From: Lama guanicoe
Lineage: Eukaryota
Length of the DNA stretch: 64,000 nt
Reading direction: 5' to 3'
NCBI GenBank assembly: GCA_013239625.1
Contig: MU053487.1
Location: 310,001-374,000 of the forward strand
Each line of letters begins with the position of its first letter. Positions within the stretch are counted from its first letter, which is position 1. The notes beneath the pieces are model-generated. The model did no database searches. It had not been told where the DNA came from and worked only from the letters and a program-made list of their open reading frames with translations. Below are positions 12,730 to 25,648 of this stretch, piece after piece. The position numbers and the translations under genes were made by a program.

Positions 12730-14216
12730 CTACAGTGGATAAATGGGGAAGGGAAGAGAAAAAGGAGGAAATATTGACCTCTATGATCAATTCAAAACTG
12801 AAGTAGAAAGGAATACAGGAATCAGAGGCACAGCGATTGGCAGCCAAGCGGAAAAACAATCTCTCTTGCTTTTCATTGGACTCTGTGATACAAGAGTACA
12901 TTTGAACTGTTATCCAACTTCTGCTGAAGTTCGACAATTAGCTATTCCATGCAGCATCACTTGGTAAAGAAACTTTGGCCATAATGGCTGGCACACCTAA
13001 GCCTGTCAATGATGCCACAGCTTAAAATGAAATCCATTTTATCTGAAATTTAGGGCAAGAAACTACCTGTAGTCTCATCAGCCCTCAGCTCTTTGGAAGA
13101 GCGGCAGTGAATTAATCAGAGGATGACTATACTGACATCTACCTTAAAGCATAAGATTATTCTAACATAATAGGCTGATTGGAGACATCTTAGTTCTTAA
13201 GATATCAGTGATGATAAATTTTTTTTGGCATAAGATATGTCATTTATTAAAACTGCCCCAAAAGTAATTTTAAATGACTTAGGATAACTGTAACTGTGCC
13301 TAAAATAAATAAAATCAGGACACACATCTACATGTACATTTTAATGATTCCTAAAAATTCCTGGATGGCATGTTATTAGTCTCTATTTCCACTGATGGGT
13401 TTTATACTTGTTTTCAATATTCATTTACTGGCTTAAAACTTTCTATAAGATGCAAAAAGAAAATTTAAGGGAAGGGAAGCTAATATTCTTAAGTAATTAT
13501 ATCACTAAAAATACTTATGAAAAGTGACATACATTAAGGTTATATCTCCACAAGAAAAGTCAGTATCATACTGGAAAACTTATTTCTAGGTAAAGAGGAA
13601 AAAACTTAAAAGACAATGTTAGCCATGTTGTATTATGAGACACTATAATCACCATGGATTATAAAAAGTACAGTTAAAAAAAGTTAATAACCTCAAGGTA
13701 ACTATGCTAATTGGAAAATTAAGAATTTTGTTTTCAATATGTATTTTATTTCTTGAATTTCCCTTATATAGTTATACATGAACCGTTTTTCCTCCTATGT
13801 TAGAAACAAAGGATTCTTCTCTATCACAATTATAACTAAACTTTTTAACATTTGAATCTGAGTAAGAAAAAAAAAATACACCTTAACTATTTGTTTAAGA
13901 TGCTCTCTATTTGTAAAAGCAGAAAGTATGAATACTTTTAATTTTCTAGTACCTTCTGATCCTCAGGCAGTACCTACTTCAACACTGTCCTTATTCACAG
14001 TACAGATTCATTAACTCGGGTCCCAATCCCCTGCAACCACACCCAAAGAACCTGGCTTCTCTGAGATTCAAAACTTGGCCCAAGGCTTCACATTAAATGA
14101 TCTCTGGCTCTCTCCTTAGGTGGGAACACTGCTGAGGAACTTCACTAGACCTACCCTGTAACAAATGCATGTATCTAATCTAGTACTCAGTCTTACTGGT
14201 ACCTGGCAAATCTGTC

Positions 14217-14404
14217 CAGTGATGTCCTGGAGTCAGTCAGTACCAGCCTAGAAAGTCGACTGTCAAATATTCAGGAATCTTGTGAGCTGGTTGGTGGCTT
14301 GAAATCAGCTTCATGGGAATATTTACACCACAGAAATTACAGCAAACATTACCAATAGGGACTTCTTGCTCTTCTCTCAAACCTGGTTTACCAGTATAAC
14401 ACTC
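14217..14404. mobile_element. MER63A-like hAT-Blackjack element
   Basis: cagtgatgtcctggag...tttaccagtataacact termini and gaatatttacaccacagaaat core. Confidence 0.65.
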
Positions 14405-14529
14405 TTGAATTCTTTGGTTCACTTTCACTCTTATCGTTTCAACTCTTGTCTATTTTTCCTAAAAATTCCAACTTTCTGCTTTCAGTATACCAAAACCCAT
14501 TTTGAAAAGACAGACATTAGAATGCCTCA

Positions 14530-14660
14530 GTCAACTCTCCCATTTTATCAGGAAATTGAGAACCAGAAAACTAAGTGACTTGCCCAAGGTTTCCACAGCT
14601 GATCAATGGCTGTGTCAGGACTTAATTCTAACTCACCTGGTTTTCAATTGTGTTCCATCC
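14530..14660 (-). mobile_element. MIR SINE
   Basis: Core cccattttatcaggaaattgag...aagtgacttgcccaaggt. Confidence 0.7.
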
Positions 14661-15304
14661 ACTCTATTATTAGATAAAGTACCTCAATCTACTTCACTGT
14701 CATACAAAATAAAATTCTCCATTGACTTTTCTCCCACTTTGATTTTCTCTATAGCTATCCTTCTAATAACCATTTCTCTAAGGAAAAGCCAATTTTATTT
14801 CCTTTTGAGACTAATCTTTCTGTATCCCTGCTTTCTGAAGTACGATCTCCTCTATCTTTACTCTTTTATTCTCAACCTAAATCCTTTCTTTTTTTTTTAA
14901 CAGATGCAGAAGACACTGTTTAAAGAATTTCTCCTTTGATTTCTATCCTATTAGGCCCACCAACTATCTTCTAATCATGAAATGTAGCAGAATTTTCATT
15001 AGCTTAGTATGCTTGGCCATTCTGTAGCTTGACACTGACTTCCTCTTATTATCTCCCTTCCTTCCTTCATTCTTGTTGCCAGGCATTTTCCGCCAGGCAT
15101 TTTCCTTTTGCATCCTAAATGTGAGGAGATCCAAGAGCCAGTCTTCATCCTGACTCTTTTTTCATCGGAGAAGGAATCCCTTGACATAGCCTCTCTGATC
15201 TAGCCTACTAGGCCCTACAACCTCTACAACAGCTCTCATTTTTGGCCTTTATCAAATCTGTCCCATACAGTCTCATTGTGGCACCAGGCCTTTCTGACCT
15301 GAAG

Positions 15305-15476
15305 TCTGGATTTCTGCAATAGGCCAGAGAGTAAATATTCTAGACTTCGCAGGCCATGTGGTGTCTGTGGCAAGTACTCAACCCTGTCATTGTGGCACAG
15401 CCATGGACGGTATGCAAACAAGTGAGCACAGCTGTGTTCCAATAGAACTTTATTTACAAAACAGGCGCCAGGCCAA
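15305..15476. mobile_element. MER58A-like element within L2-like sequence
   Basis: ggccagagagtaaatattctagacttcgcaggcca...tgtgttccaatagaactttatttacaaaacagg. Confidence 0.75.
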
Positions 15477-16386
15477 CTCATTCCTCTTTCTCACCATCAG
15501 ATTGTAATTACAGTCTTTTGATAGAAACAAAATCCCTTAATGTCACTTTACTGTCTACAGAATCATGTCATAAATGCTTAGACAAGGCTCTAACTCTCTG
15601 AACTGATCTTGGACTCTGTCCCTCACACACCTCACATCCACTCCTGATTTCCTACCACACTTCCTCCTCCCCCTACTTACACATAGTGCATGACTCCCTA
15701 CAAAGCTTCCCACTCCAGTCTCACCCAGAAAGCTTCGTGGATCTCTTCAGATAACAGTCACTGATCATCACTTGGAACTAGTGGTGGGAAGTAGGACTAG
15801 CTTTGGTGCTATTTCACTTTTTCTGTATTTATATTATCTTCGCATCTGGAACATAATAACATTTGAGAATAGAAACTATATTTCTAGTCTTACATCTCTA
15901 ATTAGAACCAAGCCTAAAGTTATCAGAGGCTGAGGACGAATAAAAAGTCATTCAATTGAAGTGCAGGAAGAGTTCCTCAAGAGTAAGGATTTTCCCCTAA
16001 GCAAGTAAAACCCTGTAGCTGGTATCCAACTCGTTTTCTTAATGCAAGGGAAGATATGTAAGACCTTCCTTACATTCCAGCCAACATTTTCTTTTTCTTT
16101 CATATAAATTTTCTGACACCTCCTACTTCTTTGGACTCAGGCTAGTCATTCTTGGTAGGTACTTTCTTCTCTTGCTGACATAATCCAAAGTTTATGTTTC
16201 TGTCAAGATCTGAACTGTTATTCTCCTAAGTAGATATTTCTTTTAATTAGATATAATGTGAGTACAGCTGAATAAGAATGTAGGCATGTTATTTACAGTA
16301 CTCCACATACAGAATTATACTATTTTTTCCAAAATACTTATATCCTGTCAATGGTACTTACTAAATGATAAATACGTACATTTATA

Positions 16387-16443
<57 letters not shown>
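16387..16443. repeat. Compound (TG)n(TA)n microsatellite
   Basis: Directly visible. Confidence 0.95.
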
Positions 16444-17127
16444 TCAAAATATATATTGGAAATTTCTCGTAACATTTCTTACTTGATTGCTGTATGGCAA
16501 AGAGTTCACTGTCAGATTTTGATATTCTCTCATTTCCTTGTCTATGATTAAAGAAGAAAGAGGAAAGTGGATATACTAATATAATACTAGGGCTAAAAAT
16601 TTGACTTCAAAAGAGAAAGTTGCTCTTAACGGCTCCTTAAACTGCTCTGTTTGCTTTCATGGAATGATATTAATAGAATATTACAAACTGCATGTGGGGA
16701 GGCTGGAACTCAATTAAAAAAAATAATCGTGAAACTTGGGAATTATTTTTTTTAATAAATTCAATGAAACCAACCTTCAATGGAATCAACTTATAATCTC
16801 ACATATCCCACAACAGTAGTTTATTGGAAAAAAATTCTATTATTTGAACTATTACAATTGAGGCAGCCTTCTCTAAACCTCACTTGTATCTTAGGTGTGC
16901 CAGTCATCAAATACAGAACAGAAGAACATAATCAAATTAGATTAATTAGTAGATTAAAAAGCACATCTCCAAACAGAATGACAGTTTGCATAACTGCAAA
17001 TAGCATTTCGTGGATTGCAAAGGGTCCAACACTGCATGAACTCTTCGGGAGAGAAAATAGAGAAAAAGGGTTAATTTCACAGTCATGCAGTAAAGTTAGG
17101 TTTCCAACAAATATTGAACCAACTTAC

Positions 17128-17130
17128 TCT
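17128..17130 (-). CDS. CLASP2: 3-nt CLASP2 microexon (AGA, one Arg)
   Basis: gactaat branch site, long U-rich tract, caatag|AGA|gtaagt; converts DPHGK-VFSMF to DPHGK-R-VFSMF. Confidence 0.88.
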
Positions 17131-19055
17131 CTATTGAGAGTTCCAACACAGGGGACAGCATGCAAAAGGAAAAAAAGAAAAAAAAAGAAAAACACACAAA
17201 TTAGTCGCCATCAATGCCAAGTTCCTGTATGGAAGAAAAACACTTAGAAAATAAAAGTGACACATATTTTTCAAAGTTTTATGGTAAACTCAAAACAGTT
17301 TTTAAAAACAAGAGTTAAATGAACAGTATGGGAGAAAAGTATGTGATTTTCCTGTGTTTTTCTCTCACCTCCTTGCCAAGGAAATCTAAAAACAAAAATT
17401 CCCTTATTTTCCGGACCCCATTATCCTTGAGGCTCAACTTCTAAAAAGAATCTAAGACTAAGAGATACCTGTCAAAACTTCTAAACAGGGCCAACATTTG
17501 CTCCCAAAACACAGTATCTAGAATTTTTATCTTATCTCTCTTTTTTTTCCTCTTCAGAAGCAATGCATTTACAAGTTAAATTATTTCTGTGAAGGCTTGG
17601 AACAGTTACTATTGTTTGGAGGTAAAAAGGAACCATGCCACAACTTTTAATTTTCCCCACATAAGGTGTATGTTTTGGTCTCCTGATCCTGAGCTGCCTA
17701 GAACATCAGGAGACCAGCCATGACTTTATAAGCAGGGCACTCAGCTGTGCCCCGCTTTAGTAGCCGCAGACGAAATTCAGGACTTCAAGAGGTAGGACTA
17801 CACAGACCATAAAATGTCAATTCAAAGCCTGCACTTCAGTGAAGGTGGCTCTTCTCAAGCAGTTCCTTCAAAGTCAAATGTCAGAACCACAGGGGCTTTT
17901 GGCATCTGACACTCCTTACATTTGAGGGGAAAAAGTGGGTCTAGAGTAGTCACGATAAAAATCTGCCCTGAATTCCTTAATTTTTCAAACTATTTAGTTT
18001 CTAAAAACTTACATAGTGCTTGGTGTGTTATAAGAGTTTTACAAATATTAACTTATTTAATCATCTCCCAATCTTATTACTTTTATTTTACAGAAGTGAT
18101 GGAGGCAGAATGCGAGCAATCCAGCTCCACTATCCGTACCTGTTATCACTATGTTGTGCTGAATCTCTTAGAAAAATACTAAGAGGCTTTAAATTATACA
18201 TTTGCAGCTTTGTAGACTAAATTACTATCAAACATAAACTGTGACTGATCACTGGTATCTTAAGCAAAAAAAAAAAAGTTTACTTATCAAGTTACAGATA
18301 ATCAAATAATTTCAGCTTATAAACTGTATTTACCAACCACATTCCTGCTGTCCCAGGAAAAAAATCCAGCATCTACTTTAACTGTATTCAGAAAGAGCTC
18401 TTTTCCAGACCTTCCTTTCTGGAATGTTTGCACTGGATACCAGAGCTAGCCTGATATTTTAGTTGGACTCAGATGCATACTCTAAAATAGATAAGAGAAA
18501 CATTCTGGGGGCTGGAGGTGATTCTAGATGAAAGGAGATGCAGCCGCTGCTCCAACCTGGTTCTCTAAGTACCCTGTTTCTGCTGGGACACCAGGTAGTC
18601 TCAATCATGTCTAGGAGAAGTGAGAATAACTTTCAGTTATCATGGAAGCCAGCTACTATCCAGAAGCTGTTAACATAGAGACTGAAATGTGGACTTCAAC
18701 ATAAAAGTACATGGGAAAATCCACCCAACCTAGCTCATGGTATGAGGTGCCTCCATGATGAGGACAAGGCCTCAGACAGTTTCTGTCCTGTGAGCTTTCA
18801 GGATAGTTGAGGTTACAGATAAGAGATTTCAATTCAGAGTGTTTGAGGAAGAAAGAGAAGTGTCCCTGAGAGTCTATTTGAAGGCTGTGAGGAAAAGCAC
18901 ATGGCACGTCTGAAGAAGTCAACATACTTTTCAGGCTGGGTTGAGAGTGAGAAAGGAATGACAAGCAAAGATGATAGGCTTCGCCCGGATATTTTTTTGA
19001 GGGTAATGAGTAGTCACTGAAGGGTTTTAAGGTAGTAGAGAAGATTTACCTTTTA

Positions 19056-19306
19056 TTTATTTATTTTCCTTTAGAATTATTTTATTAGATTGTAAGTGTA
19101 CAACTGCTTCTTAACTCTACACACAAAGTTTTTTAAAGGAATAATGTTACGTCTTATTGAACCATAATCCTTGCTAATTGCTTTTCAAAACTTTGAGAAA
19201 ACCCTTTAAAAAAGGTTTTACATGTCACCCAAAACTTACACATTTAACATTATCAAAAGAAGAATGCCTTCTTACAGAGATCTCTAAAAAGAAACAATTA
19301 AGAGCC
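19056..19306 (-). pseudogene. HNRNPA2B1: 5'-truncated processed retrocopy of an mRNA 3' UTR, resembling HNRNPA2B1
   Basis: Exact 20-bp direct repeat tagagaagatttacctttta at 19036-19055 and 19307-19326; minus-strand AATAAA at 19081-19086 then an A-rich tail; parent gene recognised from memory only. Confidence 0.72.
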
Positions 19307-20440
19307 TAGAGAAGATTTACCTTTTAGAAAGATTACTCAAGGATGCAGTGCAGAGGAGAATTTAAGGACAGGGGGTGCAGCAGACTAAAGACAACTGTCC
19401 CCTGAATTACTAGTGAGAATGGAAAGCTGTTAAGAACGTTGAATCAATTAGGACTGAGTAAGTTTCTAGAATGATGCCCAGATTCCTCACTTGAGCAATG
19501 AGGGGATGGTGCTTTCAACAAATGAGATAGTGCAATGTAGGAGGAAGAGCAGTTTTGAGGCTGAAGATAACCAAAAAGACTAAGAAAGTGCAGGAAATAT
19601 GGGCTGGAAGTACCACTTGAGAGCCATTAGGATAAAGTGGGTAATTTATGATTCAGATAAGGTACCAAGAGGAGAAAGATGGCCCAGGGCAACGCACTAA
19701 CCAACACCAACATCACTAAAACAAGCAGAGAGATAAGTGTCTGAAAGTTAAAGTAGAAGAACTGGTGTGAGGGTGATGGAGCAGGCGCAACAGAAAAGCC
19801 CCTCCTCCTCCTCTCCCACACCACAGTCCTTAAATGACAGAAAAGATGCACTGAGAAAACTCACAACAAAGTTGAAAAATGAAAAGGGATCTCAAACAGC
19901 AAACTGAAATTTTGAGAAATTTCTGGAAGACCAAGCAGATGAGACCATATTAGCAAAAACCAGAGTATGTTTTTATGCCTCAAGGTGAACCCTCCTTTCA
20001 TTCTCAAAGAAGAAAAAGTAGAAAGAATGGGTTTATGTGCAGTTAAGTTTGCTGGTCTGGAGTTTCTGCTTGATGCCTTTTACTTTCTTGGTAAGCTAAG
20101 AGGCCAGGACATATGCTTTGGGCATGAGATGGGTGGGGAGGTGAAGAAGGCTAGAGTTTGAGGAGATACTACTTGACACAGTCTCCATGAAGGACAGAAG
20201 AGAAAAACAAGAGGAAGAGGCAAGGCATACTGAGCATTTAGACAAAAACTACGGATCAGAATTGGAGAATGGCAGGAATATTCAGGAATAACAGGGCTGA
20301 TTTCACCCAGCAGCGACCAGTACATTGTTTCCCTTCAAAAGTCCTAACCTTCAACCAGTGGCAAGAGCATGAGCATGAGCAAGTGTTCTTGAATACATGT
20401 TTTTATTTCAGCATCAATGACCAGAGTCAATCATACAGAA

Positions 20441-20747
20441 CAGGGGTCGCAAACTGTGGTCTGCGAGCTAAGAATGGTTTTTACATTTTAAAATGTTTAA
20501 AGAAAACAAAACAAAAGGCTTTTTAGTGACACATGAAAATTATATGAAAATTAAAATTTCAATATTCATAAATAAAGCTTTATTGCAACCCAGCCATGGT
20601 CATTTGTTTACATATTGTCTATGGATGCCTTTGTGTTATAATGGCAGAATTGAGTAGTTGTCACAGAGACCATTATGGCCCACCAAGCCGCAAGTATTTA
20701 CTAGCCTTTATAGGAAAAAAGAAAGAAAAGAAAAAGGTCTACCCTTG
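20441..20747. mobile_element. MER58B-like element, second copy
   Basis: caggggtcgcaaact start; colinear with 1019-1306. Confidence 0.75.
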
Positions 20748-22716
20748 ATAGAGAACAAACTTGTATTTAGAAAGAAAAGAAAGTATCAAAAACAGCTGCT
20801 TGATCCTGAAGACCGGACTGTTAGTACTTAATAAAGATACATTAAAAAAGGGAGGGGAGATAGCTACTATTTTAACAGTATCAGGATAAAATGCAGAAAC
20901 TCAAATCCAGCCCTGACATTTTTAACTTGGCATAGTATAGTGACATATTCATTTTATTCTTAATGAATTACCTTATTGGCAGAGCCTCTGATGAACAATC
21001 ACCAAATAAGTCAAACAAACAAAAAAAATTAACAAAAATCTTCCCATTATGTTTATATTCACGGAACTAAAAAACCAAAAACCAAACCAGGCAAAGCCAA
21101 ATGGATCAACTGTATGCTGTTACAAACCCCATGGAGAAAAACCAAAAAGCCACCTTCCTGAGAACTCTAGGTAGGACTTAGCTGGTTCTCCACATCTACT
21201 AAGGGGAGGTCAAACATTTGTACTCAGTTCAGTTCTTTCACCACTATCAAACTCAACTTTTCTATTTGATCTTCAAGAGACTTTTTTAAAAAAGTGTTTT
21301 TCTTTATTACTGTGTAAATCCTAGTATCCTACAAAATTGCATTATTGTCCCAATAAAAAATAAAAAACCGTGACTTCAAGAAATTATCCAGCTTCAGTCT
21401 TATACCTTCTAGTAGAGAAGAATCAGATCACTTATTGAAGATGTTTTAAAGCTCTAAAAAGTTGTATAGATTATTAGTTAAAATATCTTTTAATAAAATA
21501 GGCCCACCCAGATCATAAGTGTCTTGTCCTCTGACTCATACTGCCAACAAAAAATGTCAACAGCTAATCTGTTCAGGATTTACAGAAATTTTTGCAGTAA
21601 AGCAATTCCTACAGCTGTAGTTAGTGGTAGCAATATCAGTATAAAATGGTACAGTTATGTACATGCTCAGTTTGAAAGTTATAAAGTTAGTGTACTTTAA
21701 TCTGTCTTTAATAGGATCTTGCATTGGTTAAAATAAATATACCTTCTCATAAAAAGATAACCTTTAAAAATTATTGTTTTAAAGTAAAAGCAATTTATAA
21801 TCCTTAGCTAGATTTTAGTTTATATATAAAGTGGAATTTTAGTATCTTTAAGTAGTGTCACAAGTAATGAAAACAGAAAAAAATGAGGAGGAAATGACAT
21901 GTGCAACAATAAAGTAAAGACAATTAAAAAAACAATAAAGTGAAATTAATTAATTTTTTTCTTATGATTTCCCTCTCACTTAGGTTAGAAATTCTCATGT
22001 AGACATCTGTGGTCCTAAAGGAAGATATTGAATAAAGTTTCACCATTGTCAATCACATTGCTGAAAACAGAATAAATGAATACATTTTACAACAGTACTA
22101 TCCATCAAGGTAAATCACAATTTCCCAGTACACATGCAGATTATGCAAAGTACTTAAATATATTTCAATCAACATTAAACATTCAACAGTGTTCTGAAGA
22201 TTTTTATGAACTATTTCAATATATGAAACGGTTCTTTTATATTAGTACCAAACTATGGTTGTGCTTTTGTGTTATTTAATGGCAATTCTTTTCTACAAAA
22301 TTGCTCTTTTAAGATAAAAATATATTTACATCAATAGAGAAGAAAACTTAATAAAAAATAAGAAACTTTTTCCAACTTATCCCAATTATTTCCTCTACAA
22401 ATAGTAAAATGTTTTTAGTGATACAAATACACTCACCCTGACTACCTATATGTGAGTGTGCTTGTTACATCCTTCAGTTTATGGTCTTAGACAATCTCTT
22501 TTTGAAAACATTTTAATGATTACCAGAGAGCAGTTTCTAAATTATGTATGATATCAAATACTTGATTTCAATTATGTTTTTAAAATCATTGCCATTTTCG
22601 GGGCAATAATAAAATAAAAGTGTCTTACGGTTTTTTGTTATTATTTTACTTCTTTTTTTGAGGGGGTAATATATGAATGACACCCTACAAAAATAACCTT
22701 AAATACTAAAACATAC

Positions 22717-22780
22717 CTTGCCATGAGGATCAGCAAACATTCTTGTGAAAATTTCACATAATCTTTTCAGTTCAACTCGA
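22717..22780 (-). CDS. CLASP2: CLASP2 exon, 64 nt, RVELKRLCEIFTRMFADPHGK
   Basis: cag|T, AAG|gtatgt, phase 2 to 0. Confidence 0.97.
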
Positions 22781-24017
22781 CTGTCAAAATAATAAAGTGG
22801 CTAATTAATATCTTGCTGTAGGAAGAAGTAATTTAAAAGTGATCTTACATATAATTGGGCTTCTTAAAAAAGGCTAAAAAATCAGCCCATAAAATTGAGA
22901 AATTTTTGGATTTTATCAGTCAGGGCTAAATATAAATTTACCAAATGCAACAACAATTCTGTTGTAACACACACTAGTTTAAAGGTTGAAAGTTATATAA
23001 AAAGAAATAACTTTATTTCATTACTGTAGCAAGACAAAGGAAACTATACAAATGACATTCCCAGTATATGAATCAATCTCTTAATTGCCATCTGAGGACT
23101 AAAATCTTTCTAAATTATGATTACTAATGTGCCATTTAAAATGATACACTGAATCTTATGTTATCCTAATCTAATGGGGCTGGGAACAACACTATGATCA
23201 TCTATTGCAGTGATTCATGAAGTGTGATATGCCAACATTAAAATATATTAGGCAGTACATAAACACTTATTTTAAATTACTTAGTTCTAATTATTTCTCA
23301 AAATAAATACACAGCTAGTAAACCAAACCCTGATTTCACGTATCAAGTCAGGAAGTAGCCCTCTGTTATCCAGCATACTCGACCTTATGAATTATCTGAA
23401 CCAGGTTCTTAAAGGGGTAGACTACAGAGGTTTAAAACATTACACAGATAAAGACAATAAAGATTTTAGAGAGGAAAAGCAAGCAAAAGCCATTAGGAAA
23501 GGAAGCCAAATCAAACTCAACTAAAAACCAATATAAACTTCTGTCCTTAGAGAAATTCACTCCAATTACATTTCATATTACACCAAGGCTCAAATATTAC
23601 ACCAAACACCAAAACTATATCTTCATTTTTGGGTGAGCATAAATATTCTTTCATCTCACTGAAAAACTTATCAGGAATGAATTTTAATAAATTTGTCAGT
23701 TTTAAATATGTATATTTTACTATTTATTTTTATTTTAAAAAATCAGTAACTTATTATATTTAACTTCTTTTTGTGAATAAAAAGTTTCATTCTAAAATGT
23801 TTCTTTCTTTAAATAGAACAAGTTAATTAAATTAAAAAAAATAATGATAGTATAGACGGTCCTAAAGGATTAAGGCTTGGGAAGATACTTTGATGCCACC
23901 TTCTGAATTCAGGACAAGTATGAAAGCATACCAGTACCTTTAAAGTGTTATGAAAACAAAGTCAAGTCAAAAAGTGCTAACCTGACAGGACAATTATTTT
24001 AAGAGAAAGTAACTCAC

Positions 24018-24262
24018 CTTAGCGTTCTCTGATTTTTTAATAAGTTCTGCAGACCCAGGAGGCCTTCCTTCCTTTCCGACCAGTTGGAACTAGCACATCT
24101 GTTGAGGACTTCTGCCACATCTTCTGTCTGCCTCATATATGTAGGAATACTGCCATTCCGAGAGCTATAGGAGCGTTCTGAACAAGCACTGGATGCATCG
24201 CTGTTGGCATCATCGTCTGAATGCATCCCATACGACTCGTATCTTCTTCGAGCAGGTTTTTT
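24018..24262 (-). CDS. CLASP2: CLASP2 exon, 245 nt, KKPARRRYESYGMHSDDDANSDASS...GLQNLLKNQRTL(S) (start of TOG3)
   Basis: cag|AAA, AG|gtgagt, phase 0 to 2. Confidence 0.97.
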
Positions 24263-25624
24263 CTGTTACACATAAAGACTCTCATCAAATGGTAGTTTAG
24301 ATAATACACCAGTATTTCACAATTTCTACTGATCATGAAAGGACTGGTTTTTCTTTTAAAAATCAGTGCAAAGCATGCTGCTAATCACTGTAATAACAAA
24401 AAGTCAACATTTAGTTTTTCTTCAGAAAAAATGTTTTAGGAGTTAGTAGAAGATGGACTATTCTTTAACTATGGGGAGTGGGAGAAGGGGAGTAAGATAA
24501 CTACATGGAAGTTTAGACATGTAAAGTGGGGAGTGCACAAAAACGGGGGGCATTTCCTTTCCTCCTTCCTTTTTGTGGAAAACCAAAAAGAACTACTAGA
24601 GTATAAATGAACAGAAACTGTACTAAAAATGTGAGTTGTTAAGAAGAAATTATTACCTTTTTAAAGGATAAGAATGGGTCAGAAAATGGACAATGGATCA
24701 GAAACACGTTCCCCCGTGTAAAGTTTTCCTGTCTCTCCCTTCTTTCCACTATCCTTCTTTTACTTCCACTGTGACTTTTCTTGCTACTCTTTTTTCCCTT
24801 GTACCCAACCCTGATGTCTCCTAGAGAAGTGAGATACAGACAAAGAACGATGAGAACCTGTGGTGCTTACTATTATTTTGGGAGGCAAGCTCCTTGAGAG
24901 TCCTTCTGTGTTTTTCCCAATGTGTCTATACAGTCTATTTCAATCAATATGAGAAAGCATATTCAGATTCCTTTGATTTCTTTACATCTGAAGCTTATCA
25001 TTTAATAACTGCAACTGCTAATTATACCTTGAATATTGAAAGTGAAATGAGAGAGAGTAAATTGCTTATTTGGGATTTTCTTGGAAGAACTGGAAATAAA
25101 TCTTTATGCAATCTGATACCTGAATTTAGCCTGGTGAATGGTGAAGATAGTACTATGAAACATGTTAAGCACAATAATTTAAAACAGTTCCAGGTGACTA
25201 AATTCTCCAAAGTTTAAAATCTAAAAGAAAGATAACTTGAACTTAACTCAAACTTGAACTAGTTTTTTATAATGACATTTCCATCACTAATTTGATTTAG
25301 AGACATCGACATAATTTAGAATGGCAAATGTGATATTTCCTGTGTTGGGCTTCAGGATCAGTTCTGTTACAGACATCAGGGTGAATGACATCATCTCATT
25401 TGTACAAAGTAGTCAGGCTTAAAGGACAAGAACCCTCACGGGACACTCTATTTAAGCACTATCTCCCTCCTGATAATCGTATGTATTGAAAAAATGATGC
25501 ATGTCTAAAGATTTTATTATTTCCACTTGATTTTTTTTATAGAAGACTATCATCTGTTAAACTGATGAAGCATAGAAAAAAAGTTACGGTATCATAAGAT
25601 GTCAGAAAATAGCAATATCTATAC

Positions 25625-25648
25625 CTTAGTCCGTATGTCTCCTAAGAG
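25625..25648 (-). CDS. CLASP2: Alternative CLASP2 microexon, 24 nt, LLGDIRTK
   Basis: tactgctctcag|CTC...AAG|gtatag, phase 0 to 0; matches a recalled isoform insert. Confidence 0.9.

Noticed and set aside
16780..17247. 155-aa plus-strand ORF with a Lys/Arg run
   Set aside because: The basic run is the antisense reading of the 3-nt exon's U tract.
22430..22440. Strong orphan donor AGG|gtgagt
   Set aside because: No credible acceptor upstream.
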